DNA of 64,000 bases from Octopus sinensis. Its lineage: Eukaryota. This document shows, piece by piece, positions 62,850 to 64,000 of the stretch. Numbering within the stretch: position 1 is the stretch's first letter; every line of letters starts with the position of its first letter. Position numbers and translations under genes: made by a program. The DNA lies in NCBI RefSeq assembly GCF_006345805.1, contig NC_043021.1:17670001-17734000 (forward strand), read 5' to 3'. The notes under the pieces were generated by a model that was not told the DNA's origin, ran no database searches, and was given only the letters and a program-made list of their open reading frames with translations.

Positions 62850-63230
62850 CTTTTACTTTTGTTCTTTTATTTGTCTCAGTCATTTGACTGCGGCCATGCT
62901 GGAGCTCTGCCTTCAGTCGAACAAATCAACCCCAGGACTTATTCTTTGTAAGCCTGGTACTTATTCTATTGGTCCCTTTGCTGAATCACTAAGTTTGGGG
63001 GGTATACACACCAACATTAGTTGTCAAGCGATGGTGGGCAGACAAGCACTGACACACACACACACATACACACACAAGCTTTCTTCAGTTTCCGTCCAGC
63101 AAATCCACTCAAAAGGTCTTGGTCAGCCTGAGGCTATAGTAGAAGACACTTGCCCAAGGTGCAAGGCAGTAGGACTGAACCCGGAACCATGTGGTTGGTG
63201 AGCAAGCTGCTTACCAGACAGCCACTCCAA
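62850..63230 (-). mobile_element. SINE family C (an inverted partner lies at about 63358-63625 on +)
   Basis: Matches 38805-39198. Confidence 0.85.
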
Positions 63231-64000
63231 TAAATATTAATTATTAAATACAAAAAGTAAATGATTTCCAATTCATTATGATGATGATGATGACGATAGT
63301 AGATAAGAAATCAGTTCAGTGGCTGGTATTTCCCTATGTCGTCAAACTCAATAAGTAGGTGCAAGCACAACTGTGTGATAAGAAGTTTGCTTCCCAGCCA
63401 TATGCTCCCAGGTTCAGTTCCACTGCATAGCAAGTGTTTTCTACTATAACCTCAGACAAAGAAAGGCCTTGTGAATGGATCTGGTGAACAGAAGCAGAGA
63501 AACAAAGCCTGCCATGCGCGTGAGTGTGTGTGTATAAAAATAAATACTGAAACTGCTTCATTCAACTAGAAATTCTTCAATGCAGTGCCCCAGCATGGCC
63601 CCAGGCTAATAATTAAAACAAGGAGAAGCTAAATATATAGAGTATGGTAATTATTAAAGCCATGTGCTGTGAACTTGGGTCCTGAACATATCAAACCCTT
63701 CAGTGTCAACACAGACGAGTGAGGATTGTGCGCAATGGATCACAGAGTTTGCCTCTGATTTATTTCTTCGATTAAATATATATTGATTTGATGTGAATGT
63801 ATAAAATATCAACAAAGGATATATTTACATTACACTCACATACACCTGTGTGTGTGTGTGTGTAAATATAACAATAAGATACGTGCATGTGTTTACACTG
63901 CACTTTTTTAATATGTTTAATAACATACATACATAGTAAAACAATTTCTTTTTTTTATTGTTGTATGTGTGTATACACAAGCGTGCGCGCGCGCACACAC

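Overview
Eukaryotic, AT-rich, microsatellite- and SINE-dense genomic DNA, most likely an octopus or other coleoid cephalopod (inferred from repeat style, not from a database search). The window holds the 3' two-thirds of one minus-strand gene, a Mediator kinase-module subunit 13 (MED13/MED13L/skuld family). I traced 22 coding exons by hand from 61006 to the TGA at 10418. All have GT-AG boundaries and matching phases, totalling 4333 nt (about 1443 aa), and they include a 37-nt microexon. The N-terminal exons lie beyond the window. Introns carry several tRNA-headed SINE families, a (GAT)n-tailed retroposon whose 5' end is expanded into a 14 x 64-bp monomer array, hAT/mariner/piggyBac-type MITEs, a Helentron/DINE-1-like element and decayed RTE LINE fragments. 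The most unusual signals are a minimal Penelope-type hammerhead ribozyme motif inside nested inverted repeats (17886-18332), a second degenerate one near 21900, many inverted repeats that would make the pre-mRNA double-stranded (ADAR or circRNA candidates), and a roughly 10-kb TE-poor 3' region that may be a very long 3'UTR. No prokaryotic system, CRISPR array or second protein-coding gene is supported.
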